The notes below the pieces were generated by a model, which was not told where the DNA came from, did no database searches, and worked only from the letters and a program-made list of their open reading frames with translations. Position numbers and translations under genes: made by a program. A stretch of DNA of 64,000 nt from an uncultured Nitrospiraceae bacterium (GTDB taxonomy: Bacteria > Nitrospirota > Nitrospiria > Nitrospirales > Nitrospiraceae): contig CAVSTP010000004.1 of the NCBI GenBank assembly GCA_963730935.1, positions 512,001 through 576,000 on the forward strand, written 5' to 3'. Shown here piece by piece: positions 1-13,228 of the stretch (within the stretch, counting starts at the first letter, position 1; the number at the start of each line of letters is the position of its first letter).

Positions 1-220
1 GGCAAGACAACTCCGCAGAGCAAGAGGAGAGACAACCACAGACCCGCCCGCTGCATGGCGCGATTATACAGAAGGCAAGAGGAGGGCACCAGCTTACGAC
101 CGGCGACCTCTCTGCTGCTCGAAATGAACGCATTTTCGCTATGTCTGGAGCCGTTTTTCTTGAATCACACCGCGCCGTCTTTCTATAATTCCTCGCCTCG
201 ACGATCAAGAAGGAATTCTC

Positions 221-1750
221 ATGCTGGCCAAAGTGCGAAGCGTGGCGCTGGTCGGACTCGACGCACATCTGATCGACGTAGAAGTCGACATCGCCGGCGG
301 TCTACCGCAATTCTCCGTAGTCGGCCTCCCGGATGCGACGGTTCGAGAGAGCCGCGATCGTGTTCGCTCCGCTCTTAAGAACACCGGCTTCCATTTTCCC
401 GCGAAGAAGATCACCGTGAATCTCGCGCCGGCGGATGTGAAGAAAGAAGGCGCGGGGCTCGATCTGGCCATCGCGATCGGAATCCTTCTCGCCGAAGAGG
501 TCATCGGTTCCGACAGTCTTGCACATCGCGTGCTCGTGGGCGAATTGTCGTTGGACGGTCAGATCAAGCCGATCTCCGGAGCGCTTTCGATCGGTCTCGC
601 CTGCCGCAGGAACTATGAATTGCTGCTGCCTGCGCACAATGCCGCCGAAGCGGCCATTATCGATGGAGTGCCGGTCTACGGGCTTCACACCTTGCCGGAA
701 GCGGTCGGTTTCCTCAGAGGCGAACTGCGCCTTGAGCCGCAGCAGACCGATCGCGAGAGCGTCTTTGCCGCGAGACCCCTGCACGACGAGGACTACGGCG
801 ACGTGAGGGGACAAGAGCAGGCCAAGCGAGCCTTGGAGATCGCTGCGGCTGGCGGACACAATGTGTTGATGGTGGGACCACCGGGCTCGGGCAAGACGAT
901 GCTCGCCAAGCGTCTTCCGACCATTCTCCCGCTGATGAATCCGGACGAGGCCATCGAGACGACGCGCGTGCACAGTGTGGCAATTCAACTGCCGACGGAT
1001 CAACCCATTCTCACGGTTCGACCCTTCCGCGCGCCCCATCACAGCATCTCCGATGCCGGGCTCATCGGGGGAGGAACCGTCCCGCGTCCTGGCGAAGTGT
1101 CGCTGGCGCACAACGGCGTCCTGTTCCTCGACGAATCGCCGGAATTTCGTCGTCCGGTCCTTGATAGCCTCCGGCAGCCGCTAGAAGAAGGTACTGTGAC
1201 GTTGACGAGAGTGAGCGGATCGCTGCGATACCCGGCCCGGTTCATGTTGATTGCCGCAATGAATCCCTGTCCCTGCGGGTACTACGGCGATCGGTCCAGG
1301 GAATGTGTCTGCACGCCCCACCAGATCCGCAAATATCGCGCCAAGCTGTCCGGCCCGCTCCAGGACCGCATCGACATTCACATCGAGGTTCCGCCCGTTC
1401 CTGTGCATGAACTGCACGACGATGGGCCCGTCCCGGAAGCCTCGAACAGTATTCGCGCGAGGGTGGTCGAAGCCAGGCAACGGCAAGCCGGGCGCTATCG
1501 CCAGGACCGGATTTACACGAATGCGCAGTTGAAGCCGCGACTCTTGAAGCGGTATTGTGGGCTCGACACGCGGGGGCAAGATCTCCTGGAACAGTCCATG
1601 GTCAGGCTCGGCCTTTCGGCCCGAGCGTATGGCCGCATTCTCAGGGTCGCAAGAACCATCGCCGATTTGGCCGCCTCGGAGAAGATCGAAGCCCTCCACG
1701 TGGCCGAAGCGATCCAGTATCGCAGTCTGGACCGCCGTGTCGATTTTTGA
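221..1750 (+). CDS. comM: YifB/ComM family Mg-chelatase-like AAA+ ATPase
   Basis: 509 aa; N-terminal 'VGLPDATVRESRDRVRSAL..KKITVNLAPAD', Walker A GPPGSGKT, 'RPFRAPHH', 'GEVSLAHNGVLFLDE', 'AMNPCPCG'. Confidence 0.93.
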   Translation: MLAKVRSVALVGLDAHLIDVEVDIAGGLPQFSVVGLPDATVRESRDRVRSALKNTGFHFPAKKITVNLAPADVKKEGAGLDLAIAIGILLAEEVIGSDSLAHRVLVGELSLDGQIKPISGALSIGLACRRNYELLLPAHNAAEAAIIDGVPVYGLHTLPEAVGFLRGELRLEPQQTDRESVFAARPLHDEDYGDVRGQEQAKRALEIAAAGGHNVLMVGPPGSGKTMLAKRLPTILPLMNPDEAIETTRVHSVAIQLPTDQPILTVRPFRAPHHSISDAGLIGGGTVPRPGEVSLAHNGVLFLDESPEFRRPVLDSLRQPLEEGTVTLTRVSGSLRYPARFMLIAAMNPCPCGYYGDRSRECVCTPHQIRKYRAKLSGPLQDRIDIHIEVPPVPVHELHDDGPVPEASNSIRARVVEARQRQAGRYRQDRIYTNAQLKPRLLKRYCGLDTRGQDLLEQSMVRLGLSARAYGRILRVARTIADLAASEKIEALHVAEAIQYRSLDRRVDF

Positions 1751-1758
1751 GGAGCGCT

Positions 1759-1974
1759 GTGGCCGCGACCGTGAAAGTGTTTGTCTGGTGGTTTCTCGTC
1801 GGAGCGACGATGGCGCTGGCGGTCATCATGCTGCAGGGCGGCATGCGCGAGGTGATGCAGGCGCAGGGATCGGTCTGGGAATTGAAATTAATGGAACTGG
1901 TCACGACGATCGTCGGCGGAGGGTTGCTCGGCGGCTGCGTCGCACTCATCCTCGACCGGATCAAAAAATCTTAA
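1759..1974 (+). CDS. small membrane protein, two hydrophobic segments
   Basis: GGAG RBS directly after the comM stop, GTG start, two TM-like stretches; start uncertain. Confidence 0.6.
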   Translation: MAATVKVFVWWFLVGATMALAVIMLQGGMREVMQAQGSVWELKLMELVTTIVGGGLLGGCVALILDRIKKS

Positions 1975-2005
1975 TCAGCCCTGAAGGTTGCGAACAAGAG
2001 GAGCC

Positions 2006-2428
2006 ATGATGGACTTGGAAGTCGGTTCAAATCTGTACCAGAACACCGACGGCACGATTGAAATCGAGGGCGTGCCTCAAATTCAAGTGGCATTGAAACC
2101 CAATGCCTTGTTGATCAACTTTGCGGTGTTCGATGCCAACGGAAAAATGACGGCGAAACTTGTTGACAGTACACTGATGTTCAACGAGCGCCGCGCCTAC
2201 GAAGTCACGAAGGCCCCGTCTCGTCTCACGCTGACCCACGTGGAATCCAAGAACGTCGTCTTGCAGATGGAAGTCAAGAAGCCGGATCTGGTCGCATTCA
2301 CCAAAGGCGGGTTTCATACCATCAAGGGCCATCTCCTTGAAGTCTCTTCGACGGAATGGAAAGTGGATAAGCAGCGGTCCAGCGGGATCACGCAAGATGC
2401 GCAGGGGGGCTCGGTGAAGATCGGCTGA
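2006..2428 (+). CDS. hypothetical protein
   Basis: GAGGAG RBS before ATG 2006; 140 aa ORF with typical codon style. Confidence 0.7.
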   Translation: MMDLEVGSNLYQNTDGTIEIEGVPQIQVALKPNALLINFAVFDANGKMTAKLVDSTLMFNERRAYEVTKAPSRLTLTHVESKNVVLQMEVKKPDLVAFTKGGFHTIKGHLLEVSSTEWKVDKQRSSGITQDAQGGSVKIG

Positions 2429-2436
2429 TCGCGTCT

Positions 2437-5036
<2,600 letters not shown>

Positions 5037-5156
5037 GCTGGACCTCGTCGTTTCTGCGCGTTTCTAGCGCTACCGACATAATCATCGAATATCGGAAAGT
5101 CAACCAGGGAGGTCTCTTGCCTTGACCGTGCCCGAGAGACCGGATTATTGTCGCCC

Positions 5157-5987
5157 ATGGTCAATCACCTCGCGGCCGCGTTCGAGCTGTATCGGCAGGC
5201 ACTGCGGAAGACGTGGCACTCGCTGCTCAAGGGGTGGATGATCATCGTCGCGGTGATCGGTTTCCTCTTCCTGCTGCTCCTCGCCCAACAGATCGCCACG
5301 CCCCTGGGGATGGCCGGCGGATTCATTCTGGGTGCCGTCAACGCTCTGCTCGTCGGGGCGACTCTCAGTTTGATCGAGCAAGCGGTGTCCAATGCGAGGA
5401 CGATCACGATCAAAGATGTGCTCGACAGTTTCGGTCACTACTTCTGGGATGTGATCGGAGTGGGATTTGTGCTCTGGCTTCCGCTCATGGCGCTGGATAT
5501 GGGCACCCAACAGAATCCCAACGGCCCACTGATTTCCTACGCGGTGATGCTGTTGATATTTATCCTGCTCAATCCGGCCCCGGAAGTCATCTACCAGGTG
5601 CCGCATGACTCGACCTTGGATGTGTTTAAGCGTGCCTACGACTTTGTGCTGGAGAACTGGATCGAATGGTTCCTGCCCATGGTCGTCCTCCTGCTGCCTC
5701 TCGTCGCGGCGCCGGGGGGCCTGACGTCATTTTTTCTCCTGTCGCACCGGGTGGGGAGAGGCGCCGGGTTGGATTTTTCACAAATTCTGATTTTTCCGTT
5801 TACGATTCTTGGTAGTTGGTTGTCGTCGCTCGATGTCGGCCCTGAGTTGGCTCAGTACGTTATCCTACTGTTCACACCGCCCCTAGCCGTGTCGATCCTC
5901 CTGTTTCGTGGCCACCTCTTTGCATCACTATCCCGGTCCTCCCATCGTCAGCGACAATTCGCCTCGCAGTACAAGGGAAACGAATAG
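5157..5987 (+). CDS. integral membrane protein of unknown function
   Basis: about 276 aa with multiple hydrophobic helices; divergent from clpB. Confidence 0.75.
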   Translation: MVNHLAAAFELYRQALRKTWHSLLKGWMIIVAVIGFLFLLLLAQQIATPLGMAGGFILGAVNALLVGATLSLIEQAVSNARTITIKDVLDSFGHYFWDVIGVGFVLWLPLMALDMGTQQNPNGPLISYAVMLLIFILLNPAPEVIYQVPHDSTLDVFKRAYDFVLENWIEWFLPMVVLLLPLVAAPGGLTSFFLLSHRVGRGAGLDFSQILIFPFTILGSWLSSLDVGPELAQYVILLFTPPLAVSILLFRGHLFASLSRSSHRQRQFASQYKGNE

Positions 5988-6118
5988 AGTCATTGTTTCG
6001 TTCGAGGTCCAAAAGTACAACCGGAAATAGACCGTCTGCTCTGCTGGCCTCAAAGATTACCGGGTTCGGGCCGGTGGGGGATGCGGTTTAACTCTTGAGT
6101 GAGAGATGAAATTAGTGT

Positions 6119-7651
6119 ATGGATTTACCTACACCTAGAGTCCATTCATTATTAGAAGTCGCACAAGGAGCTTCGCTCGTGCGTCTGTCGATTTTCTGGC
6201 GCATCGTCCTGACATCCCTGCTCATTATCGTGGTGATGGCAGGGGTGAACTTTTACGCCTTGTTTCAGCTGCGGCAATTGTCTGCATTGAGTACGACGCT
6301 CGCCTCCCAACATTATCCGGCCATTGAGCAGGCCAAGCACGTCCAAGCGGTCGCCTTCAACCAGCTCAACAGTGAGAAAAAGTATCTGGCCGTCCGCGAT
6401 CCGACGTTCCTTCAGCACTTCGACGAAGAAGTGGAGGAATTCCATCGCGGGATCGAAAATCTTCTGCGCCAGGACACGTCCCCCGAAGGGCGTCAACTCC
6501 TGGAACAGACCCTGCGCTATCAGCAGGACCGGCTCGCGCTCTTTCACGCTGAGTTAGAGAACGCCGCCAGCACGCCCGGCTCGGTGTCTCCCGAGTATGA
6601 AGCGCGCCGCAATGAGGTGATGGACCACATGACCTCCTCGCTCGACCATTACGTGGATTATCACGAAGGTGTCATCAGCGCGGGCGTCAGCCGTTCACGG
6701 GAAAGCTCGGCTCAGGCGGAAGCCATCACCGAGCAACTGGTGCTGCTGGCCCTTGTCGTCGGCGTTGGACTGGCGGGTATTGCGAGCTACACCATCCTTC
6801 GACCGCTGCGTCAGCTCCAAAGTCACATCAAGCAAATCGGGCAGGGGAATTTTCGGGCGTCGTTGAACATCCGGGCGCCCAGCGAACTGCGGGATTTGGT
6901 CGACACCGTGAACTGGATGGGCGGCAAACTTCAAGAGCTGGATGACATGAAAGGCGAATTTCTGGCCCACGTGTCACACGAATTACGCACGCCCATGGCG
7001 TCGATTCAGGAAGGCACCCATCTCCTACTGGATGAGATTCCTGGTCCGTTGTCTCAGGAGCAGCGGACGACGCTGCGCATCATGGCGGACAGCAGCCGGC
7101 GCCTCATCACGCTGATCTCCACTATTCTGGATCTGTCCAAAATGGACGCCGGTATGATGGAATACCGGATCGTTCCGACGGATTTGAAACGGATCACCGA
7201 CATGTCGGTCAACAAGATCCGTCTGTTGGCCGACGCCAAGCATGTTCAACTTGTCGTCGAATCTCCCGCGCAGCGCGTGTGGGTCAAAGCGGATGCGATT
7301 CGTATTGAGCAAGTCATGGACAATTTGCTATCAAATGCTCTGAAGTTCAGTCCCGAGGGAGGCATCGTCAAAACACAAATGAAATCGGACCACAAAGCGG
7401 GCGTCCTCGAGGTTGCGGTGTCCGACGTAGGGCCCGGCATCCCCACCGATGAGTTGCCGCATATCTTTGAGCGCTTTTATCAGGGCAGCACAAAATCCCG
7501 ACACTCGGTGCCAGGCAGCGGGTTGGGGTTGGCTCTGGCCAAAAAAGTCGTCGAAGCGCACGGAGGCAGGATTTGGATCGAAAGCGAAATCACGAAGGGC
7601 ACGACTGTACGGTTTATCCTGCGCCTGACCAAACCGGGAGCGGCAGCATGA
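6119..7651 (+). CDS. HAMP-domain sensor histidine kinase (GlrK/QseE-like)
   Basis: 2 TM segments, HAMP, H-box 'SHELRTPM', N-box 'NLLSNALKF', G-boxes 'DVGPGI' and 'GSGLGL'; true start may be GTG near 6179. Confidence 0.9.
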   Translation: MDLPTPRVHSLLEVAQGASLVRLSIFWRIVLTSLLIIVVMAGVNFYALFQLRQLSALSTTLASQHYPAIEQAKHVQAVAFNQLNSEKKYLAVRDPTFLQHFDEEVEEFHRGIENLLRQDTSPEGRQLLEQTLRYQQDRLALFHAELENAASTPGSVSPEYEARRNEVMDHMTSSLDHYVDYHEGVISAGVSRSRESSAQAEAITEQLVLLALVVGVGLAGIASYTILRPLRQLQSHIKQIGQGNFRASLNIRAPSELRDLVDTVNWMGGKLQELDDMKGEFLAHVSHELRTPMASIQEGTHLLLDEIPGPLSQEQRTTLRIMADSSRRLITLISTILDLSKMDAGMMEYRIVPTDLKRITDMSVNKIRLLADAKHVQLVVESPAQRVWVKADAIRIEQVMDNLLSNALKFSPEGGIVKTQMKSDHKAGVLEVAVSDVGPGIPTDELPHIFERFYQGSTKSRHSVPGSGLGLALAKKVVEAHGGRIWIESEITKGTTVRFILRLTKPGAAA

Positions 7652-8418
7652 AGACGCTCGCGGCTGGGGGGCTGTTTCTGGTGCTTGTGACGGCGGGGTG
7701 CGCCTCCTGGTCCTCGCCGCCGCCAATGTCACAGCCATATTTCCTCGTGGAACCATCCGATGCTCGAGCCTTTTATCAGCTCGGGAAAAAACAAGATGCC
7801 GTCGCTGCCAGGTGTCAGGAACATAATTCATGTGACCATGCATATTTTACCCGTGCGCTCATAGGGTTATATGAGAACCGGGACATCGCATCCAAGAACT
7901 TCGAAAAGGTGATTGCGATGGCTCCAAAGAGCCAACTCGCGACTTCGAGCCGACTCTGGCTCCAACAAATACAACAGGATTCGCCTCCTCCTGAGCGGTC
8001 ATGGTTTACCTCCGTCATCTCGGCTCCTGCCGTATCGGAGAGTCAGGTGACAATGGGCCAAACATCCGATCGCCTGGTGCGAGACTTGCTTGACCGGGAA
8101 ATGATGATTCAGCAGCTTCGAACCAGCAAGGATGCGGATGCCCAGGCGCTCGATCAGCTCCAGCGGGAGCTAGCCGCCGAACGTGACCGCAGAGACGGCG
8201 TGACTGGGAAAAAGGATGTGCCGAAAGGCACCGGGGAGGGAACCAACGTTCAGCTGCTTCAGAAACAGCTCTCCGAGCGGGACAAAAAAATCGACGAGCT
8301 GTCGAGCCAACTCGAGGCGTTGAAGCGCATCGACCAGGAAATGCGTGACAAAGTCCGTCCGATCCGTCCGCCGTCCACCGTCGTGCCACCGACGACTTCT
8401 GAGCCGACTAATCCATAA
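7648..8418 (+). CDS. lipoprotein with TPR-like and coiled-coil region (QseG/YfhG-like position)
   Basis: ATGA overlap with the kinase; lipobox 'VTAGC'; C-terminal 'QLEALKRIDQEM'; lies between kinase and regulator. Confidence 0.75.
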   Translation: MKTLAAGGLFLVLVTAGCASWSSPPPMSQPYFLVEPSDARAFYQLGKKQDAVAARCQEHNSCDHAYFTRALIGLYENRDIASKNFEKVIAMAPKSQLATSSRLWLQQIQQDSPPPERSWFTSVISAPAVSESQVTMGQTSDRLVRDLLDREMMIQQLRTSKDADAQALDQLQRELAAERDRRDGVTGKKDVPKGTGEGTNVQLLQKQLSERDKKIDELSSQLEALKRIDQEMRDKVRPIRPPSTVVPPTTSEPTNP

Positions 8419-8441
8419 TCGCATAAAGGATCACTACTCTC

Positions 8442-9860
8442 ATGGAACAAGAGCACATTCTGGTAATCGACGACGAAGAAGGATTGTTGCAGTTGGTCAA
8501 AATGCGGCTGACGGCGATGGGATTTGCCGTCACCGCCTGCACGTCCGGCCGGGACGCGGTCAGCGCCGCCAAGACGAACCGGTTTGATCTGGCCATCACC
8601 GATCTGCGTCTGCGAGGCGAGGACGGCTTGGACGTCACCGAGGAACTGCTGCGGATTCATCCTGGCCTGCCCGTCATCATCTTGACCGCGCATGGCAGCA
8701 TTCCCAATGCGGTGGAGGCAGTACAGCGGGGAGCGTTCGGCTATCTGACCAAGCCCTTTGACGACAAGGAGCTCAAGGCCAAGATCGAGGAAGGACTCTC
8801 ACCTCAACGGATGAGCCGGGAGATCCAACGGCTCAAGTCGCTCGTCAATGAACTCTACGGGATGGAAAACGTCGTGGCGCGCAGCCCGGCCATGCAGCGG
8901 CTCCTGCAGCAAGTGATCCAGGTGGCGGACTCCGATGCGACCATGCTGCTGTTCGGAGAAACGGGCACCGGCAAGGAAGTGTTTGCCAAGGTCACCCATG
9001 CCAACAGCCGGCGAAGCAAGGGTCCATTTGTCGCGTTGAATTGCGCAGCCATCCCGGAAACGCTGTTCGAATCGGAGCTCTTTGGACACGTGCGCGGCGC
9101 CTTCACGAGCGCCCATGGTCCGAAGAAAGGGTTATTTCAGAGCGCCAATGGCGGAACGTTGTTTTTGGATGAGATCGGGGAGATGCCTCTCTCCATGCAG
9201 GTGAAGCTCCTTCGCGCCGTGCAGGAACGCGAAGTGCGCGAAGTCGGCGCCGAATATCCGACCAAAGTGGACGTCCGCATTATCGCGGCAACGAATAAAG
9301 ATCTCGGCGAGGCCGTCAAGAACGGCAGCTTCCGTAACGACCTGTATTACCGGATCTCTGTCGTGCCGCTCTTCATTCCACCGCTCCGAGACCGTCGCGA
9401 CGACATTCCCATTCTCGCGCAGTACTTCTTGGCCAGCAGCTCAAAACGCGCGAACAAAGACGTCCGTGGCTTTACGCCGGCCGCCTTACATCGGCTCGTC
9501 ACGAACCTGTGGCCCGGCAACGTCCGGGAGCTCGAAAACGCGATCGAGAAGGCCGTCGTGATGTCTCGACAGGATATGATTACGCCCGATCTGCTGCCGT
9601 CGATCGGCACCGCTCCCGATGCACAGATGAAACCGCTCACGGAAGCGAAGGAGGAGTTCGAAAAGACCTACCTCAAGAATGTCCTGCAGCTCACAGGCGG
9701 AAACATCTCACGCGCTGCTCAGTTCGCCGGCCGTTACCGAGCTGATTTCTATAAGATGCTCAAGAAATACGGCCTCCATCCTTCCACGACCAAAGGCAAA
9801 CCAGGACCGGACGTCGAAGAGATCGAGGAAGAAAACCATCTCACCGAGGCGGAGCGATAG
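8442..9860 (+). CDS. sigma-54-dependent response regulator (GlrR/QseF-like, NtrC family)
   Basis: receiver domain, GETGTGKE, 'ESELFGHVRGAFTSA', 'WPGNVRELEN', Fis-type HTH. Confidence 0.92.
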   Translation: MEQEHILVIDDEEGLLQLVKMRLTAMGFAVTACTSGRDAVSAAKTNRFDLAITDLRLRGEDGLDVTEELLRIHPGLPVIILTAHGSIPNAVEAVQRGAFGYLTKPFDDKELKAKIEEGLSPQRMSREIQRLKSLVNELYGMENVVARSPAMQRLLQQVIQVADSDATMLLFGETGTGKEVFAKVTHANSRRSKGPFVALNCAAIPETLFESELFGHVRGAFTSAHGPKKGLFQSANGGTLFLDEIGEMPLSMQVKLLRAVQEREVREVGAEYPTKVDVRIIAATNKDLGEAVKNGSFRNDLYYRISVVPLFIPPLRDRRDDIPILAQYFLASSSKRANKDVRGFTPAALHRLVTNLWPGNVRELENAIEKAVVMSRQDMITPDLLPSIGTAPDAQMKPLTEAKEEFEKTYLKNVLQLTGGNISRAAQFAGRYRADFYKMLKKYGLHPSTTKGKPGPDVEEIEEENHLTEAER

Positions 9861-10173
9861 CGTCTCCGCCTCGGTCCTACACCAGGAAACATCCTCAGTT
9901 TGCGTTGGCCTTAGAGCCGGGTGTACAGTCTGTAATATGACCGGCCATGCGGTAAGTCTTTACAGCGGCCTTCAGAAGCCAAACGGCGATTGAAAGGTTG
10001 CATGCTTACCAGACTTCTCCAGGCCACGGGCCTTGCGACCATCGCGTTTTTCCTGAAGCGTTTGCTGATTCGACAGAAATCGGCACTTCCATACCGCCGT
10101 CCCAACACAGGTTGGCATCGGCGTTCCTATCGCGAACCCTCCTGAAGACTATCATCGGATCCGCCGCGAGTGA

Positions 10174-10908
10174 TCAGGTGCGACCAACCCGCATGTTCGC
10201 AGGAATGGCAATGCTCATTTTTGCAGGCGGTGGAACCCTCCTGGCGTTCATTGTTTCGAGAAACGTGGCTTTGGAAATCGAAAGGTTTAATCTTTCGTTC
10301 CATCGCTTTTCCTCCCCGATCGTCGATGCCACCCGACCATTGTAGTCGTGACCAGGATATACGATGGTGTCGTCTGGAAGAGCAAAAAGCTTGCGGTGTA
10401 TGGAATCGAACAGCTTCTCTGCTGAGCCGCCTTGCAAGTCGGTCCGGCCATTACTACCAATGAACAGCGCATCGCCTGTGAATACGGCGCCAGGTACAAG
10501 GTAGCTACTGCAGCAATCGGTATGCCCCGGCGTGGCGAGCCCGTGGATGCATGTGTCGCCGACGGGCAACGCTTCTCCGTCGAAGAGAAACCGATCGGCA
10601 CCATCGACCACACCTTTTGCACCGCCACCATAGACGATCTGTGCGCCGGTGCGAGCTCTAATGAGAGCAGCGCCCGTAATGTGGTCCGCATGAATGTGCG
10701 TTTCGACAGCGAAAAGGAGCGTAAGGCCAAGATCTCGAATGACCTTACAGTCTCGTTCGACGTTTTCCAGGACGGCATCAATGATTATGGCCCTGCCAGA
10801 TCTACGGTCGGATACGATGTAGGTACGTGCTTCGGCTCGATCATCGATATCTTGTGCATCGTTCACGTCCAATAAGACCGTGACGCTATAGGACTCACTC
10901 GTCCCCAT
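10174..10908 (-). CDS. MBL-fold metallohydrolase, persulfide dioxygenase (ETHE1)-like
   Basis: 'ETHIHADHITGA', 'TPGHT', 'FTGDAL', 'GRTD', 'YPGHDY'. Confidence 0.85.
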   Translation of the reverse strand: MGTSESYSVTVLLDVNDAQDIDDRAEARTYIVSDRRSGRAIIIDAVLENVERDCKVIRDLGLTLLFAVETHIHADHITGAALIRARTGAQIVYGGGAKGVVDGADRFLFDGEALPVGDTCIHGLATPGHTDCCSSYLVPGAVFTGDALFIGSNGRTDLQGGSAEKLFDSIHRKLFALPDDTIVYPGHDYNGRVASTIGEEKRWNERLNLSISKATFLETMNARRVPPPAKMSIAIPANMRVGRT

Positions 10909-11173
10909 CGGGGCTTCCTCACTGAAGGAAGCTGCTTTCTAACAGAAGTTTGCCGAGTAGGAGTAAGCGTTTACCCGGCATGAAGTCAACTCAACTGTTT
11001 TCAATAACTCTCACCGTCGGCCGGCATTCCCTGGTAAGCGTACCGGAAGACTGACCTGTTTGCCGGTGCGACCCGCTCGGAAAAATTTTGAGGTCAGTGC
11101 GGCATTTCGGATGTCAATTCGCGAAAAATTCTTGACACCTGGCTAAGGATTCACCGCTCAACTCTCAGAGGGA

Positions 11174-11419
11174 TGTGGATAAGTGGCGTCCGGCTTAGCA
11201 ATTGGACCAGGACTACGTAGATTTTCCCAAGCAGAACCTGGACGCTTTATCCTGATCGACTAATTGTGGCTCTGAAGATGCACAGGAAAGTCAATCACAA
11301 GATATAGGGGTATGGTGCAAATCATTCCTATGCCTAAAAAATAGGCAACGTGGTTCCTTATGCCTACAGTCTTGGATTAAAGCCTTCTTACAATGAGCTT
11401 GTGCACAATGTTATCCACA
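11174..11419. promoter_or_regulatory. two perfect DnaA boxes and one NrdR-box-like site in a gene-free stretch
   Basis: TGTGGATAA 11174-11182; TTATCCACA 11411-11419; CACAAGATATAGGGG 11296-11310. Confidence 0.5.
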
Positions 11420-11627
11420 GAAAGTGTGGACGTGGACAGGTGAAGGATGATCTTAGGTTATTGTGCGCCGTGATGGTCGTCATTTCCACCTCTGAGGCTT
11501 CGATTCGGACCAGTGGTAGGTTAGGGACGCATGCTCGAGAGGGACGATAAAGCAAGGTTATCAGGGCCACACCCACTCCCTGACAAGAGAATCTATGAAC
11601 TGGCGAATCGCGATGGTGCGAGGTGAA

Positions 11628-12044
11628 TTATGAACCCGTCGTTAGGCTTACTAGGGGGGACGCTAAAGCAGTATTGTTAACAGTTGGTACGGCTTGCAAA
11701 ATGATTGGATGAAGGACCCTCACCATTTCTCCTTTGTTAAGCACGGCCGCTGCTCCGGCATCGACCATAGCGTACTCCGTATCACCAGGTGCGCTAGCAG
11801 TGAGACCGATGATTGCCGTAGATGGGCTTTTTAGCTTGATCAAGGTCGTAGCTTCAATTCCGCTCATGGTTGGCAAGTTGAAGTCCATTATGACGACTGT
11901 GGGTGTCAATGTCATAGTCAGTGCTACAGCATCTTCACCGTTTTCTGCTTCACCAACAATGCTTATGTCGGGATACCGATCCAAAATGTCGCGGAGGAGT
12001 TGCCGCATGACGGGGTCATCATCTACGAGTAGAACAGTGATCAT
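11628..12044 (-). CDS. stand-alone response regulator receiver protein (NarL-like receiver)
   Basis: 'VLLVDDD', 'VVIMDFNLP', 'SGIEAT'; no output domain. Confidence 0.85.
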   Translation of the reverse strand: MITVLLVDDDPVMRQLLRDILDRYPDISIVGEAENGEDAVALTMTLTPTVVIMDFNLPTMSGIEATTLIKLKSPSTAIIGLTASAPGDTEYAMVDAGAAAVLNKGEMVRVLHPIILQAVPTVNNTALASPLVSLTTGS

Positions 12045-12363
12045 AAAACCTTGCAGGCAGCATAGGCGTTTAGACTGACGCCGCTCAACCCCCTCTGAAG
12101 GGGGGGAATGTCAAGCAAGTGCGACCGTTCAAAAACCTTAGCTTGGAGCTATGCGTCTGCGGAAATTCATTTAGCTCCTCTCCGGAACCTACTAACCTAC
12201 TCGTGGCATCTAACCCATGTCCACGCATGTATAACCGCGCGCTCCCGGTAGGTTTCAAACTACGTGGAATCTTACAATCCCAAAGCAGGATAGCCAAAAT
12301 CTCGAAACGAGGTTAGCCTCCATCTGTAGCTGTATTTGTTGGCCAACAGAAAGGAGGCCTACC

Positions 12364-12558
12364 GTGAAGTACCTTTCACTACTCTTGTTGCTCTTGACCG
12401 CAGGCTGTACGGCACATCCATATACTGTTTGTCGAGGCGAGGATTATTGCACGCCGGGATTAACCCACGAAGAAGCAATCCGAGCGTCGGAGATCAAGAA
12501 AACCTGGCAAGATGAGAAGCTTTACGTACGGCCAGTGAAGACCAGGGAGGGGGCATGA
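12364..12558 (+). CDS. small lipoprotein
   Basis: AAGGAGG RBS, signal peptide with lipobox 'LTAGC'. Confidence 0.6.
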   Translation: MKYLSLLLLLLTAGCTAHPYTVCRGEDYCTPGLTHEEAIRASEIKKTWQDEKLYVRPVKTREGA

Positions 12559-12965
12559 TCGGCACGCGATCCGGCAAAGTACAGCGCCTCCTCTCAACAA
12601 GTGTTGAGCCGGACTATGGAGACGAAGAAGTGCATCTTAGCCCCGAATCGATTATCCGCCCTGACATTCCATTTCCCTATATTGATAAACGTCGCTTAAG
12701 CACGCCTGACGTGCAGACATAGTTAGGAGTCTTCAAGAAAGTCTCAACTGGCTCTCAACCAAGCTCGTAGCTTGTCCTGACAAAGTGGACAGGTAGCCTC
12801 TAAAATCGTTTCACTTCCTCGCTCCGGCACACAAGTCAAATCCCTCAAGATCACAAAGAAATAGCGGCGATGGGAGACTGCCTTGTACGAGCACCGGCAG
12901 GGTGAGCCAGTGCACCGTTAAATAGGATTCGCTATTGGCGGCGTTGCAGGTTCAAACGACGGTTG

Positions 12966-13010
12966 TGGAGCTGGCGAGAGGAATTGAACCTCCAACCTGT
13001 GGTTTACAAA
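12966..13010 (-). repeat. att-type direct repeat: 3' half of tRNA-Thr(TGT), distal copy
   Basis: 45 bp identical to 29254-29298; begins exactly at the anticodon loop. Confidence 0.92.
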
Positions 13011-13228
13011 CTCGCCTCAGATCAATCTGACACAACCCACGACGAGCTAACCAAAGGGAAAACTGAGGATTCGGAAAAACCATCCTCATGATGGATCGGG
13101 ATAGATTGGCCTGTGCTGGTAGCCGCGTGGTAGCAGAACTGTTTTCCGCAATGATACAGTCCCTCGCATGGTGAGGAAATGGAAGGCGTTGACGCATCTC
13201 GTCATCTCGAAACGTCCAGCGCGAAGCG

